A stretch of 64,000 nt of DNA from the human T2T-CHM13v2.0 reference genome, Homo sapiens, in the NCBI RefSeq assembly GCF_009914755.1, contig NC_060926.1; one strand, written 5' to 3'. The translations under genes were made by a program, and so were the position numbers. Positions 1 to 13,552 of this stretch are shown here, piece after piece. Each line of letters starts with the position of its first letter. The first letter of the stretch is position 1. Below the pieces are notes generated by a model, which was given only the letters and a program-made list of their open reading frames with translations, was not told the DNA's origin and did not search any database.

Positions 1-1769
1 TAACTGAAATAATAGGGTTTAGTTTATGTGGAGCAAGGCCATGGAAACTATCCATGGAAAAAGAAACTAATAGCCTTACAGAAACTCTGTTATAGTGGCA
101 TCCATTGTTAGAGCATTTCACCTTATTTAAAAAAAAAAAGAAAAAGTCAATGGCAAAGAATATCTGTCTGTATTAATTCTGGAAAGTGACATTCTTGATG
201 AAACTAAGTGAACAATATTAATAATGCTTCTCTTTAGATAATTTTTCTGCATTTTAGGAGATGGACCATATAATTCATAGTTTTGACTCAAAAAGTAATG
301 TCTCTATTTAGGTATTAATAAGGATATGATCCCTTACAAGGGATACATATTATTTCCACTTCATGAAAACAACAGGGGCTCAGAGAATAAGCTTGTTTAA
401 TAGCTTGTAAAGGGCAGGCTTGGAATTCAAATCCAGTTCTGTCTGGCCCCAAATTGTTATTTTTGTTTCCCTTTTTGTGGGGCAGAGTAATTTTAGAAAA
501 TGTTTGCGTACTTTCTGATTTCTATAGCCTAAAAATATGATGCCAAAGAAAAATGAGGAAAACAGCTTTCCTGAGCTTTAGAGAATTACACATACACAAA
601 TAGGAGACTATAAGCTTTGTGAGAGCAGAAACCTCAAGGCCATATCTGTTCTCTTTGCCACACTAAGCACAGAGCTTAGCACATACCTGGCATATAGATC
701 CTCATTAAAGATTTGCTCAATGAGGCACATATGAATGATAGTGTTTGAGATTAGGTGGTAGGCACTCATGAAAACTTTCAATATCTTCTTGTATTTTTTG
801 CAAGATAGTCCACAGTTTTGAATCTGCAAAGGAGAAATAAGATTAAGGTTAATGCAGGCCATTTGAAAGTATGCCTTACCTCCTCATGAAATGGTCTGAA
901 TCTGATCAAGGGCAATTTTCACATTTGTGATTGTACTTTCCAGTTAAAACTCAATAATTAATTAATCATATTGTGAGTCAATTTGTGGATGATTGAGAAC
1001 CTTCCCCTGCGTAGTTGTTTGGTCATTCCCCAACAAATTCATTCCCTGAAAATGGCTAAAAAAATTAGGCTTGAAGTAAAACTAGATTTGAAGGCAACGA
1101 CTAAATCTTCTTTATATCTGTATTCCTAGAACACATTCCTAGAATATATTGTGCTTTATAATAAGAGCACAATATATTTTGAACTAGGAAGGAAGAAAAA
1201 AGAAAGGGTAGCAAAAAGGAAGAAAAATGAGAGTTAGGAATCTTGGATTTAAGCCTTGGGTTGACAATGTGAATTTGGGCCAGTCATTTCTTCATTTTGT
1301 TTCTCAGTTTCCCTTTTTGGAAGCCAGAGGAGTTGACCTAGTTGACCACTAACACACCTCCAGATTCTAATTGCCTGTGGAAGAGAGACTGGGGTCATTC
1401 TTGGTATAAACATGCCCATGCTTCCTTTTTTCCACTAGGGGGCACTGTAGTACTAGCGCAGTGGCCTCCATCTTCCAATTTATTCAATTCTGTTGACAGT
1501 ATTTTTCCTGTTTTAGTCCCCTGGAAAACATTCTTTACCTTTAACTTTCAAACTCAAATTTACACTACAAAGTATGAGATTTAATTTGGTAAGGAAAGCT
1601 GGATAAACATAGGAAGAATGTAGTTCAATGATTTATATTGCTTAAAAGAGAAATTAGAATCACAGAGCTATTTGCATAGTTAGGTTATAACACGTTAAGA
1701 TTTTCTGTGGTCCAAAAGGGGGGCTTTGAAACTCTTTTAAAGGAAAACAAAGTGGAAAAAATTGTAATT

Positions 1770-2175
1770 ACCAGAATAACAAAAACATAAACTTAATAAG
1801 TATGTCAAATCTATGTGAAGACAACTATAAAATTGCCAAGGCTTAAACAGAGATATACCATGTTCTTGGATAAGAACACTCGGCATTTAAAAATTTTTTA
1901 ATTATTCCCCAAATATATTCATAAATATAATACAATTCCAATGGAAATGCCAATGGAATTTTTTTTGAAACTTTACAAAAGAGTTCTGAAGTTCCTTGAG
2001 AAAAGTTAAACTGAAAAGAGTCAAGAAAAAAAGACAACCATTTGAGAGGAAGGAGGATTTTAACTGCTAGATTTTTTAAAAAAGATAAAACAGCTGAAAT
2101 TAAAACAGTAGCATAATGACAGCAAAATAAACAAACAAACCAATAAAACAGTGAGTCCAGAAACAAACCCAAGTA
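1770..2175 (+). mobile_element. Old L1M ORF2 fragment
   Basis: Degraded ORF2 C-terminal homology (ataccatgttcttggataagaa...aaaacagtagcataatgac). Confidence 0.65.
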
Positions 2176-3448
2176 TGGTGTCCTGGATGTGTTTGTGTGT
2201 CTGGGGTTTGTGTGCTTTGGTATTTGGCATCTCAACACTTTTCCTGTTATAGGAACTGAAAAAAGGCATATCTTCCTCTTCTAGACAGCAAGGACATCAG
2301 CACATAACTGAAGTTTGTCCAGTGGGATTCCCACATTGAATCCAGAAGGAGTGATGCAAAGATGCAGAAACCATCAAGCTATCTACTGAGACAGTGATGA
2401 TGTCAGTAATTCAGGAGAAGAGAATGTCTGGTGGTGGCACTGTCCTTAGTTTCTATTTAGGCTCTTCCTATAACAGTTCTTCACCAAGTTCTGGCAGCAT
2501 TCTAATCAGACTATTCCTTCAGTGGTCCTTGGCTGATTCATCTGCTGCCAGCCTCCTTTGGCTCCTGTCTGATTTCTGAGCCTGATTTTTAACTTTCCCA
2601 AATAACTTTGTATATAGATACTGTTACTCTTTCAGTAAATTCCATTCTATTTAATCTACCTAGAATTGGTTACTAATGCTGGCAAATAGGAATTCTGACT
2701 TGTACAGAAACTGGTAATGGGGATTCGGTTACACACAACAGACTTTCAGGGAAATCAGGAGAATCTGGGTATGCAGACTCATTGTGTTTGAAGATAATAA
2801 AAACCAATTAATATTCAAAGATGAGACTCTGGAAACCCACAGCTTATAGTAGTAAAATAGCTAATGAAATTAATGCCTGTGAGCATTAGGATTGAGTTGG
2901 GTATTAAAGACAAGACCATGGGGGAGAGAATTGCTGTTGTCACAGAACAGTATGAAGGAAATGAGGAATTCAAGAGCTGGGTGCTAAGGCTAGCTGCTTC
3001 ATTTGAAGACATTAACAAATGAAAATCTCTAAATTCTCATCTTAAAACATGAACTGAAACCCAAGCTGTGAATTTGTTAAAAGAAACTTTTATAGCCCTA
3101 GGATGGAGATAGCTATAAACCAATATTTGTTCTTGTTGATTGCTGATTTGCAAATCAGTCGAATTCACCTCCTTACCTGGGGTCTTAGAAGAGCATATGT
3201 TAAAGTGCTGATTCCGAAAGAGTAAGATCTTTAAAATTAAAATGCTATATAGGGGAGAATTTGAAGAACGCAGAGATTCCTTGCCCCCAAACTCTCAGCC
3301 TTCTTTGCAGCTGAAGCTTTTATTATAAAGCTATTTCTCCTTTGTTTGAAGAGGCTGAAACTCCCTAGTTTGAGGGAGTTACCTTATAGGAGGTTCTCTT
3401 ATACCCTACTCTTACTCTGCACTATCTCCAGATCTGTAATTAGAGTCA

Positions 3449-3760
<312 letters not shown>

Positions 3761-4182
3761 TCTACTGTGCTTCAAGAGGCTAGTTTACAAAGTGAAGCTC
3801 AGTAAGATATATCTCAAGCACCAAAGAAATTGAAGAACTTTGCTAATTAATCTGTGGGATGTGAGTTAGAATTGATTTTAAGAATGTTGAATGAAGAAGA
3901 AGAGGACATGATTTGAGATTGGGTTGAATTTACTAATAGGGCTTACAAGAGATTCTGGATTATTCTAGTTTGAGAAGCTAGGAATAATTCTGTTTGCTCT
4001 GCTAAATGTTCATTGACATTTAGACTGAGGGGTGAGTCATACAAAATAAAGTTGAGATGCAAATCTCTTAGGTAAAATGTAAATGAACAAAATTTTAAAT
4101 TTTAGGAGACAGGAATGCTGGATTAGATTTTTCATATCTGACCCAACCACCCACCTCAATTTTGTCTTCCAAAAAAGGGTCT

Positions 4183-4320
4183 AGCCAGTTGCAGTGGCTC
4201 ACACCTGTCCCAGCTACTTGGGAGGCTGAGGTGGGAGGATCACTTCACCCAGGAGTTTGAGGCCAGCCTGGGCAACATATCGAGACCCTGTCTCTAATTA
4301 AAATAAAAATCATAAAAAGG
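4183..4320 (+). mobile_element. Alu monomer (FLAM-like)
   Basis: Single Alu arm with A-rich tail. Confidence 0.8.
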
Positions 4321-5570
4321 TCCAGAAAACACTCTTTACAAAGGCCTTGAGAAACAAATCTATGAGGGAAGGGTCAGTATAAAAGTGATTTAGAGAACGT
4401 TTCACGTAGACCAGCGATGATGCTGAAAAAAGGCTACAGTTGAATTTGGCTTACTGAGTTTCAGAGGGATGGCAGGATCCCAGAGTGACATGGTCTAGGT
4501 AGCACATTTGCATGGGGCTAAGTTGAAAGTTAGTAGGTCAGTGTGAAAATTAGAATGCTCTGACTCATGGATTCTTGGGAGGTGACTAACTGATCATGGA
4601 GTCCCCAGGACTGAAATAAATAAGCAGTCACTAAGGTTCTACTTGATTTGTATAGCAAACAAGCAAACAAACAAAACCTTTATGTCTAGAAAAGAGAGAC
4701 GGTATCCAGTTTCCAGATATGAATGCGTTCTCAGACACAGTTAAAGGAAATCTGAGTACCCTCGAGGAAGTGCCTACTTGAGTCTACCTCCTGGAATACA
4801 AAGGGACTTGTGGCCATTTATTAGGACAGTTGTGAATGATGAAGCAGAGATAGTTCACTTTCATCTGGTACGGACAAGAATATAGCTTTACCTTCTTGCC
4901 ACAGGATTACATCACCTTTTGGACCCTGGGTCAAAATGAAGTCAGCAGAAAGCTTCTTATTTCCTCATTTCACATGATATCAGATTATTCATCCTATACA
5001 AGTGGGGACAAAAGAGTAGAAAGCAATAAATACCTTGGATACCTTGAAAAAAATACATGAGCGCTCGAGTGGGAATTTTTCAAGGGTCCAGTGGTATACA
5101 GAACATGTTTGGCTATAATTCTAAAGTGAGAGATAAACTGTTGTACCTGAGCTCCTTACCAATATGAAGAGGTACTATTTTGGTGGACCTCTTTGGATAT
5201 TAGAGGCTTGCTACTAGGTCCCAGTGGAACACCTAACCCTGAGACACCAAGTGACTTTGCGTCGTAATTGTCTATCAGGATCCAGGTGTTAATTCAGGCT
5301 CATAACTCACCAGGCCTGGATAGTCCTGAGGATGAGTGAGTTTAGTGAGCACGTTGCTTGTATTCTCCTGCTACTTACGTCTGTCACACTGCTGTCCCTC
5401 TCTAGCTTACGTGTGAGTGTCTCATGGGGTATTCACTATGTCCAATTGATTTGAGAGGAAAAAATTAAAATCCTGGTTTACAGATCCTTTTTTCTTGGCT
5501 TGAAGTGGGTTGCTTTAGCATTTATAGCTCACTCCAAGACCCAGAAAGACCAGGGGAAAGGACAATCCTT

Positions 5571-5721
5571 GACCGGGCATGGTGGTTCATGCCTGTAATC
5601 CCAGCACTTTGGGAGGCTAAGATGAGAGGACTGCTTGAGGCCAGGAGTTCGATACCAGCCTGGTCAAAATAGCGAGACCCCATCTCAATTTATAAAAAAA
5701 AGAAAAAGAAAAAGAAAAAAA
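5571..5721 (+). mobile_element. Alu monomer (FLAM-like)
   Basis: Left arm plus A-tail; flanking repeat aaagg..caatcct. Confidence 0.85.
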
Positions 5722-6650
5722 GGGGCAATCCTCAAAATGGGCAGAAACTGAAATAATATGTATCTCGTTGTTCAGTTTGCCTGGAATTAGCAGTGGCTAA
5801 TAGTTTGGTAACTTGACCAGTGACTTGGAAGGGTTAAGATTGGTCACAAGGAAGTCTGAGTAAAAAGTACGTGAAAGGACCTCTAGAAATAGGCCAGAAG
5901 GTGTGAACATTATACCTGATATTATCATTGAAAAGGAAAGTAGATATGATCAAATTATCTAGTTATTATGTTTAAAATTTTAATTAGCTCTGGAACTTAC
6001 ACTGAAGATTAATATATACATCCAATGAACTTGATCCAGCAGTGGTTGAATCTGCCAGTGTATGTGTGTGTATGTGTGTATGTATGTGTGTGCATGAAAA
6101 ATTCCACCTAAATCCTTCCTCACTCTCACTCTTCCCATATAAACCCTTACGTTCCCCAGAGTATGGTTTAAAAGCCACTGAACTAGTTCAATTTCATTTT
6201 AGAGAATAAGAAAATATCCAAAAAATTGACTTGATCTGTCTCAGGCCATATAGTGTCTACCAGAATAAAGGCTCAAATCCTCCTCTTAAACTGGCACTCT
6301 CTCCAAAATAGCACGTGACTTCTATAATTCAGAATAAATTCAATATAATGGCAACTCCACTCTTCCCTATTATCTAATCCATTACTCAACATGACAGAAA
6401 AGTATCACCATTTTCCATTCTTCAAAGCATGGAAAACTGAATGGCAGGATAGATGCTTGAATGAAAAAAGATTAAATATTAGAATGCATATTTGTAATTT
6501 CCATCATATTACCTTTCTCCCTTAGACTTGGAGTGGCCTTCCATCTGTAAGTGGCCAATAGTGTAAAGGACATTGTATTCATTGTTAAATTAAGGGACAG
6601 GCAGCTTAATTCTTTCAAAGATGTCTCCAGTTGTGACTCATATCTAAGGT

Positions 6651-7536
6651 TGCACTATCTAATATAGTAGTCACTAGTCACATGTGGTGATCAAGTTGAA
6701 ATCTGGCTAGTTTGAATCAAGATATGCTGTAAGTCTTCAAAATCTGGTGTAAATTTACCAGATTTTGTATATATAGATAGATATATACCAGATACATATC
6801 TATCTATCTATATATTTAGATATATAGAGAGATATATAGATAGATAAGTATCTGGTGTATATTTAGAAGACTTAGTATGAAAAGACAATGTAAAGTATTT
6901 AATTAGTAATATTAAATATTGATTACATGTTAAAGTAATCACATTAAACAATTTTGGTTAAAGAAAATACAGTATGAAAATTAATTTCATAAAGAAGCCA
7001 ATCTGAGAAGGCTGTACATACTGTGTGATTCCACCCATATGAAATTCTGGAGAAGGCAAAACTCTGGAGACAGTAAAAAGATCAGTGGTTGCCTGGGGTT
7101 AGGGTGGAGGGAGGGATGAATAGGTGGAGCACAGAGGATTTTTAGGGCAGTGAAACTACTCTGTGTGATACTATACTGCTGGATATAGGTCACAAATTTC
7201 TCCAAACTCATAGAATGCACAACACCAAGAGTGAACCCTAAAGTAAACTACAGAATTTGAGTGTTCCAATGTAGGCCCATCAGTTATAAAACATGTACCA
7301 CTCTGGTGGGAGATATTGATAATGGGGTAGGCTATGCACGTGTGGGGGCGAGGGGTATATGAGAAGTCTCTGTATGTTCCTCTTAATTTTGCTGTGAACC
7401 TAAAACTGCTCTAAAAATAAGTTTTTAAAAAAGCCTATTAAAATGTACTTTACATGTTTTACTTTTAAAAAATATGGTTATTAGAAAATTTAAAATCACA
7501 AATGTGGCTTGCTTTATATTTTTATTGGTCAGTGCA
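6651..7536. mobile_element. MER33-like hAT MITE split by an L1MC-type 3' fragment (about 6989-7430, +)
   Basis: Terminal sequences gcactatctaatatagtagtcactagtcacatgtgg and attggtcagtgc; interior L1MC 3'UTR (aagaagccaatctgagaaggc...aattttgctgtgaacctaaaactgctct). Confidence 0.7.
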
Positions 7537-9013
7537 AAAGAATGGAAACCAAACCAAGCAGAATTTGGCCAGTGTTTCCTGTAGCTCATTAGTGTTGTCA
7601 GAATTATAAAGATGTTAGGTACTCACACAAGTGTATGTGAGCTACTAAGGTTTCAATTTTGGCAAAGTCACCATCTGCAAATCGGAATTTCACACTTTCC
7701 AAAAAATACTGGAATGATGGTGAGCTAGTCCTCAAGGATAAGGACTGTGTCTAGTTCTGTTTTTAACACAGAACAAGTTACATTGCTGGCATTTGATAAT
7801 TTTGCTTTAGAAATCAGGTGGACAAGAGCTTTTAGTTCTTCAGGGAAAGTACAGGGAAAGTGGCCCTCTGATGAATTGCTTTGAACACAGAAATATTTAC
7901 TTTGAAAATGTAAGCCTCCCATTACTTTATCATATCTATCCAATTTTATTTCACTATAAAATTTTAACTCCTCTGCCCTTAATCATGAAAGTAGAGGAAG
8001 GCAGAGTAGACAATGAGTTAATGGTATTCTCTATATGTGATATACAGAATTTTAAGTTGGCTATAATTACATTTAATTCTATTCATTAAATCAAAGATTT
8101 CTCCCAGATCAGTACACACCAGCATGTGACAGAAATCACAGTTAATGCCTTCCTCATCAGAGACCAAGTAGGACTCCTAAGTTCCAGAACGTAATGATTA
8201 CTTTGGCATCCTACATTATGCAGCAAATCCAATAAAGTACAAACAACCTGCCAAGATATAATATGAGTGTTACAATGGGACATCATACGTTTTAGCTCCA
8301 TACCTGCTAGAAGTATCATAAAAATGAGTGGTGATACTCAGTAAGAATAGTGTCTTCTCAAATCTGTTCCTCCTCCTTTTCTTGTGTTGATGGCATCCCC
8401 ATCTAGGCATAGTCCTTCTATATTTCCTCATTTTCATCCCCTGTGTCCAAGTGGTCATTCAATAGTACCAATTCTGTCTTTCAAATGTCTCTTGAATCCT
8501 TCCATTTCCCGACAATTTTCAGCGTAACTTTCCTAGGCGATTCTTTCATCAACCCTGCCTTGGACACCTGGAATAATCTTTATGTAATTAGGTTTCCAGC
8601 ACAAGCACCTATTAAGCTGTTTTCATTTTTCCCTCATTTTATTGAAGCTCCAAATTGCCACCAGAATTATTTATCTAAACATATCCTTCTCCTGCTTGAA
8701 AACTTGCCAAATGGATCCCCATTACCTGCAGGATAAAGTCTAAACTTCACATGACATTTAAGGCCCTATATATTCTAATCTCAGTTTACCTTTCCAAACT
8801 TATCTCCTGCCTCTCTTACCACACCCTAGACCCTGAAAGTCCAAGTTTTTTTTTAAATTACATAATCAAAAAACCGTGAACATTCCAAATTTTTAAAAGT
8901 TGATAATAGTGAGGGAATTGAAAAGATTTGTATACAATAAAATGAACATGCCTCAAATATAAATCTGTTACTTGTGGAAAATTTATTCTATGCATTTCCT
9001 TTTGTCAATGAAG

Positions 9014-9530
9014 TGGGAATTCTTTTGACAGCAAGTGATAGAAACCTAATTTGAATTTCTTTGGCAAAAATGAGAAATTATTGGCTTATGGGTTCCAAAA
9101 AAGGGTTAAAAAGCCAAACCAAGAGATAAGCAGAACTATAGTTCTACCTCAGAAACCCCATTGCCATCAGAATTCCCTTTGACAACTGGCTTGGCCCGTC
9201 TCTGCATATCAGCTTCATCTGAGACAGAATCTGCCCGAAGCAGAAAACATGATTACCTACAGCTCTTTGGGTCAGTGTCCTTTAAGAACCATATGGCTGT
9301 CTCTCTTTCTTCATTCCAGTCTGAAAAATCCAGAGGAAGGCCTCTTATTGTACTGGCTTAGATCAGGTGCGCCTATCCCTGATTTATCAAGTGTGGCCAG
9401 GAAAGAAGGATCACGTAAACACAGAAAATTTCTGGCTGCAGCCATGTGGATGGTGGTGGGAGATAGGGCTATTACTCCTTAGGAAAGAGTGCTATTAGTG
9501 AAGGCAATAGCACAGATATCTGCCAGAGCA
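9014..9530 (-). mobile_element. MLT1 (J/K/L-type) MaLR solo LTR
   Basis: Reverse-complement LTR 3' end (ttcttttgacagcaagtgatagaaacc...aaattattggct); boundaries approximate. Confidence 0.55.
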
Positions 9531-10069
9531 AGTAATTCTTAAGAATTTTAGTGGAATTAAATCAGAAGAGCTGAAAGTTATATAATTAATTATATTTAAA
9601 TTATATATTTAATTATATTTAACTTCACTTATAATTACTAATTGATCCAGGTCTGCTAGCACTGTAGCTGGCGCCACCACAATAGATTTTTAGACTTGTT
9701 TGGCCTACAAGTTTGTACTCATAATTTGCTTATTCTAATTTTTTGTTAGTTTTGTTTTAGGTATCTAATTATATTTGTTCTAAATGCTAATAATTTTGTT
9801 TCCTAATAGTCATAACTCATATTTCTATTTTGTTGTTTATTTTACTTGCCAGAACTTCCAGAATTATAGAAAATAATCATTTGTGTTATTGTAAAGTTTA
9901 TATGTGTGTGTGTTTATGTATATAAAGACTAGTAGTGTAAGGAAGCAGGAAAAGGGTATCTCCATTAAGTGACTATTTACATTCCTATTGGAGCTAGAAT
10001 GGAACTTAAAGATACCAGGGTTTGTAACAAGCCAGTATGCAGAGGATGGTATTCCCAGTTTTTGAAACA

Positions 10070-10350
10070 GGCCGGGTGTGGTGACTCACGCCTGTAATCC
10101 CAGCACTTTCGGGGGCCAAGGCAGTAAGATCGCTTGAGGCCAGGAGTTCAAGACCAGCCTGGGCAATAGGGTGAAACCCCATCTCTACAAAAAATTAGCC
10201 AGGTGTGGTGGTGCATGCCCGTAGTCTCAGCTACTGGGAGGCTGAGGTGGAGCCCAGGAAGTTGAGGCTGCAGTGAACCGTGTTCACACTGCTGCACTCC
10301 AGCCTGGGTGACAGAGCAGAGACACCGTCACAAACAAAACAAAACAAAAC
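10070..10350 (+). mobile_element. Alu (AluJ-like)
   Basis: Dimeric Alu with (CAAAA)n tail. Confidence 0.9.
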
Positions 10351-11327
10351 ATTGAAATAATGTTGGGTTGTTAAACAACATATAGGTTGGTGAACTACTG
10401 CTGCCCTGAGATATTACCTTTCCCACCCCTCATCTTTACGGTCCAATAACTAAAGGGTTAGATCATAGCAGGGGGCTGTCCATTCTGATTGGTTTTAACT
10501 AACTGTTTTAATATTTTGATTATCAGTGATATTAGAACACAGTAATTTGGCTGTATACCCCTAGTGGAATATACTACCTTGGGATACAAAAAAAAAAAAA
10601 AAAAACTTCAAGAAAATCTTAAATTATCTTTAATGACCAAATTGTCAGAGAGAGAGAGAGAGATTACAAGCCGCCTCTAGCTCACTGAGCTCCAGTGGAA
10701 GGAGAAGGAGGTGAGAAAGATTTCTATACTATGGCCTACAAATCTATCAGTGGTAAAGCATTCAAGAAGTCACTGGATACAAAAGTCACCTGCAAGAGTT
10801 CACCCTCTACTGGAGTGCTGAAGAAACTTCATCATTGAGGTACTGCTGCACTGGTACTGTGGTACTCTATAAAATTAAATATTATCAGAAGTCCATAAGC
10901 TTCTGATTTGCAAACTTCCCTTCCAGCACCTGGTGCAAGAAATTTCTCAGGACTTCAAAACAGATCTGTGCTTCCAGAGCACAGCTATTGGTGCTTTGTG
11001 GAGGCAAGGGAGGCCTATTTGGCTGGCCTTTTTGAAGATAACAACCTATGTGTCCTCTATGCCAAATGTGTAACAATTATGGCAAAAGACATCCAGCTAG
11101 CACACCACATATGTGAAGAACATGCTTAAGAATTCACTGTGCTGGAAAACATTTCATTCTTCTCTCTCTCTCTTCTTCCTGACACTGGTAGTTGTGAATG
11201 TTAGATTTCTTTTTCCCATGAGGTCAAATGGTACCTACATACAATGATTGCAAGTGGAAAAACAGAAGACAGAAATCAGGTATTGGCAATTTCTCCATAT
11301 TCATTTGTGTATGAATTTTTAATATAA

Positions 11328-11804
<477 letters not shown>

Positions 11805-12077
11805 TAACAATATAAATAAACCTGTTAAAATGTTCTGGACAATGCCAGCATTTGGACTTTTTAAAAACAAGCAAATTTCTTATTGATGGCAACTAAATAA
11901 TGTTGGTAGCATTTGATAATACAGTCGATTCTGTGCATTCACTGTACTTTTCTGAGTTGTCCTACATGCAAGTACAGGTTTTTAATGTTGTCTGTCTTCT
12001 GTGCTATTCCTGTAAGTTTGCTATTAAAATATATTAAGCTATTTTTTTAGAAGGAGAAAATGAAAGAAACACAAACA

Positions 12078-12486
12078 TTGGATATTTTATGATATTAAGG
12101 AATTCTTGTTAATTTTTAAGGTATGCTAATAGTATTGGTATTTTTTCTTGTCAGACGGGTAATGTGCTGACATCATAACAAGGTTCAACAGCGGCACATC
12201 TCACACATGCATGTGAACACCCAATCATCACGCTCATGAACTACAAAAGGATCAGGATTATGTTTTTAAAAGGTCTTTCCCTTTCATGATAAATACTAAA
12301 ATATTTACAGATCAAATAATATAGCTGGACTGCTTCACAAGAATCCATTGGGTGTTGAGGTAAAGGGAAAAGTGAATGGGTATAGATGAAATAAGAGTGG
12401 TTATGAAGTGACGATTTTTGTGGCTGTGGGATTGGTCACTGAATTAGTCTCTCTATTCTTGTGTATGATAAAAATTTTCCATTATA
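12078..12486 (+). mobile_element. L1MC-type 3'UTR fragment hosting the U13 copy
   Basis: tggatattttatgatattaaggaatt...ttttccattata resembles the L1MC 3' end. Confidence 0.55.
12150..12252 (-). ncRNA. U13 snoRNA (SNORD13) retrocopy / pseudogene
   Basis: Reverse complement ATCCTTTTGTAGTTCATGAGCGTGATGATTGGGTGTTCA...CATTACCCGTCTGAC; box C (12225-12230) and box D (12151-12154) present; short A-tail (T-run 12141-12149). Confidence 0.88.
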
Positions 12487-12679
12487 GGCCTGCTGTGGTG
12501 ACTCATGCCTGTAATCTCAGCACTTTGGGAAACCGAGGTGGGCAGATGGCTTGAGCCCAGGAGTTCGAGACCAGCCTGGACAACATAGCAAAACTCGGTC
12601 GCTACAAAAAATAGCCATGATCACACCACTGCACTCCAGCCTGAGTGACAGAGTGATATCATGTTTCAAAAAAAAAAAA
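12487..12679 (+). mobile_element. Alu with internal deletion
   Basis: Left arm joined directly to the end of the right arm. Confidence 0.85.
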
Positions 12680-13552
12680 TCCATTATAAAAAGTCAACAA
12701 AAAAGTTACATTTATTTACTATCACTCCTGCAGGTCACGTAACTAAATCCCCTAACTTTATGATTGGAAAAATTTGAGTAAAGAATTCCCCCAGGACTCT
12801 TCACAAAAAAGCACTTTGGAAAGAAGCACTTGCTTTTTGGAAAAAAAGCAAGGACTTTGGAATCTCACTTACTATACCAGCTATGTGACCTGTGGCAAAT
12901 TACTTAACTTCTTCAAATAACATTTGAGTTATCTGTATAATGAGGCTAATAGCATTTATCATGATGGGCTTTGTGAGAACTAAAGGAAATAGCACCTGTA
13001 AAGGGCCTAGCACAGTGAGCAGAGAGTAGATGCTCAGTAGGTGGCAACTGTCACTATTATAAAGTGTCTAAGATCATACAGCTTGTAGTAGTACAGTCAG
13101 ATTTAAAGCACAGGTTTCCTGAGGCACAATTCTGCCATATTAGGTTATTTCTTTTGAGTAACAAGCTTTTAATAGGTACCAGCTGAACTGAAGAAAACAG
13201 AGAAACACCTGAATGGAAATTAATTAACAACTGATAAGAAGATTTGTTTCCCTAGATATGATATCATATCATATCTTCAATAATGGCATCAATCTTGTTT
13301 CTCATTGACAGTCATGGCCTGACTGTATCCTTCCCATGACAACATTTGGTTCCATGAGGGCTGATTTAAATAAAAGGAATTTGCTTTAGGAGGGTTTCTA
13401 TTTTTAAATCTGTAACAAGAGGCCCCATATGCAGCACAACTACCTATAGATGATAATCTGACTTGACCAAGGTCACCCCGCTAGACAGAGGAAGAAATGA
13501 GTTTAGAACCTATATTTCCAGGTCTGTATATTTGCTTTCAGTAAATATGCTA

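Noticed and set aside
10731-11129. Functional histone H3 variant gene
   Set aside because: Deletion after the ATG, frameshifts and stops; processed pseudogene.
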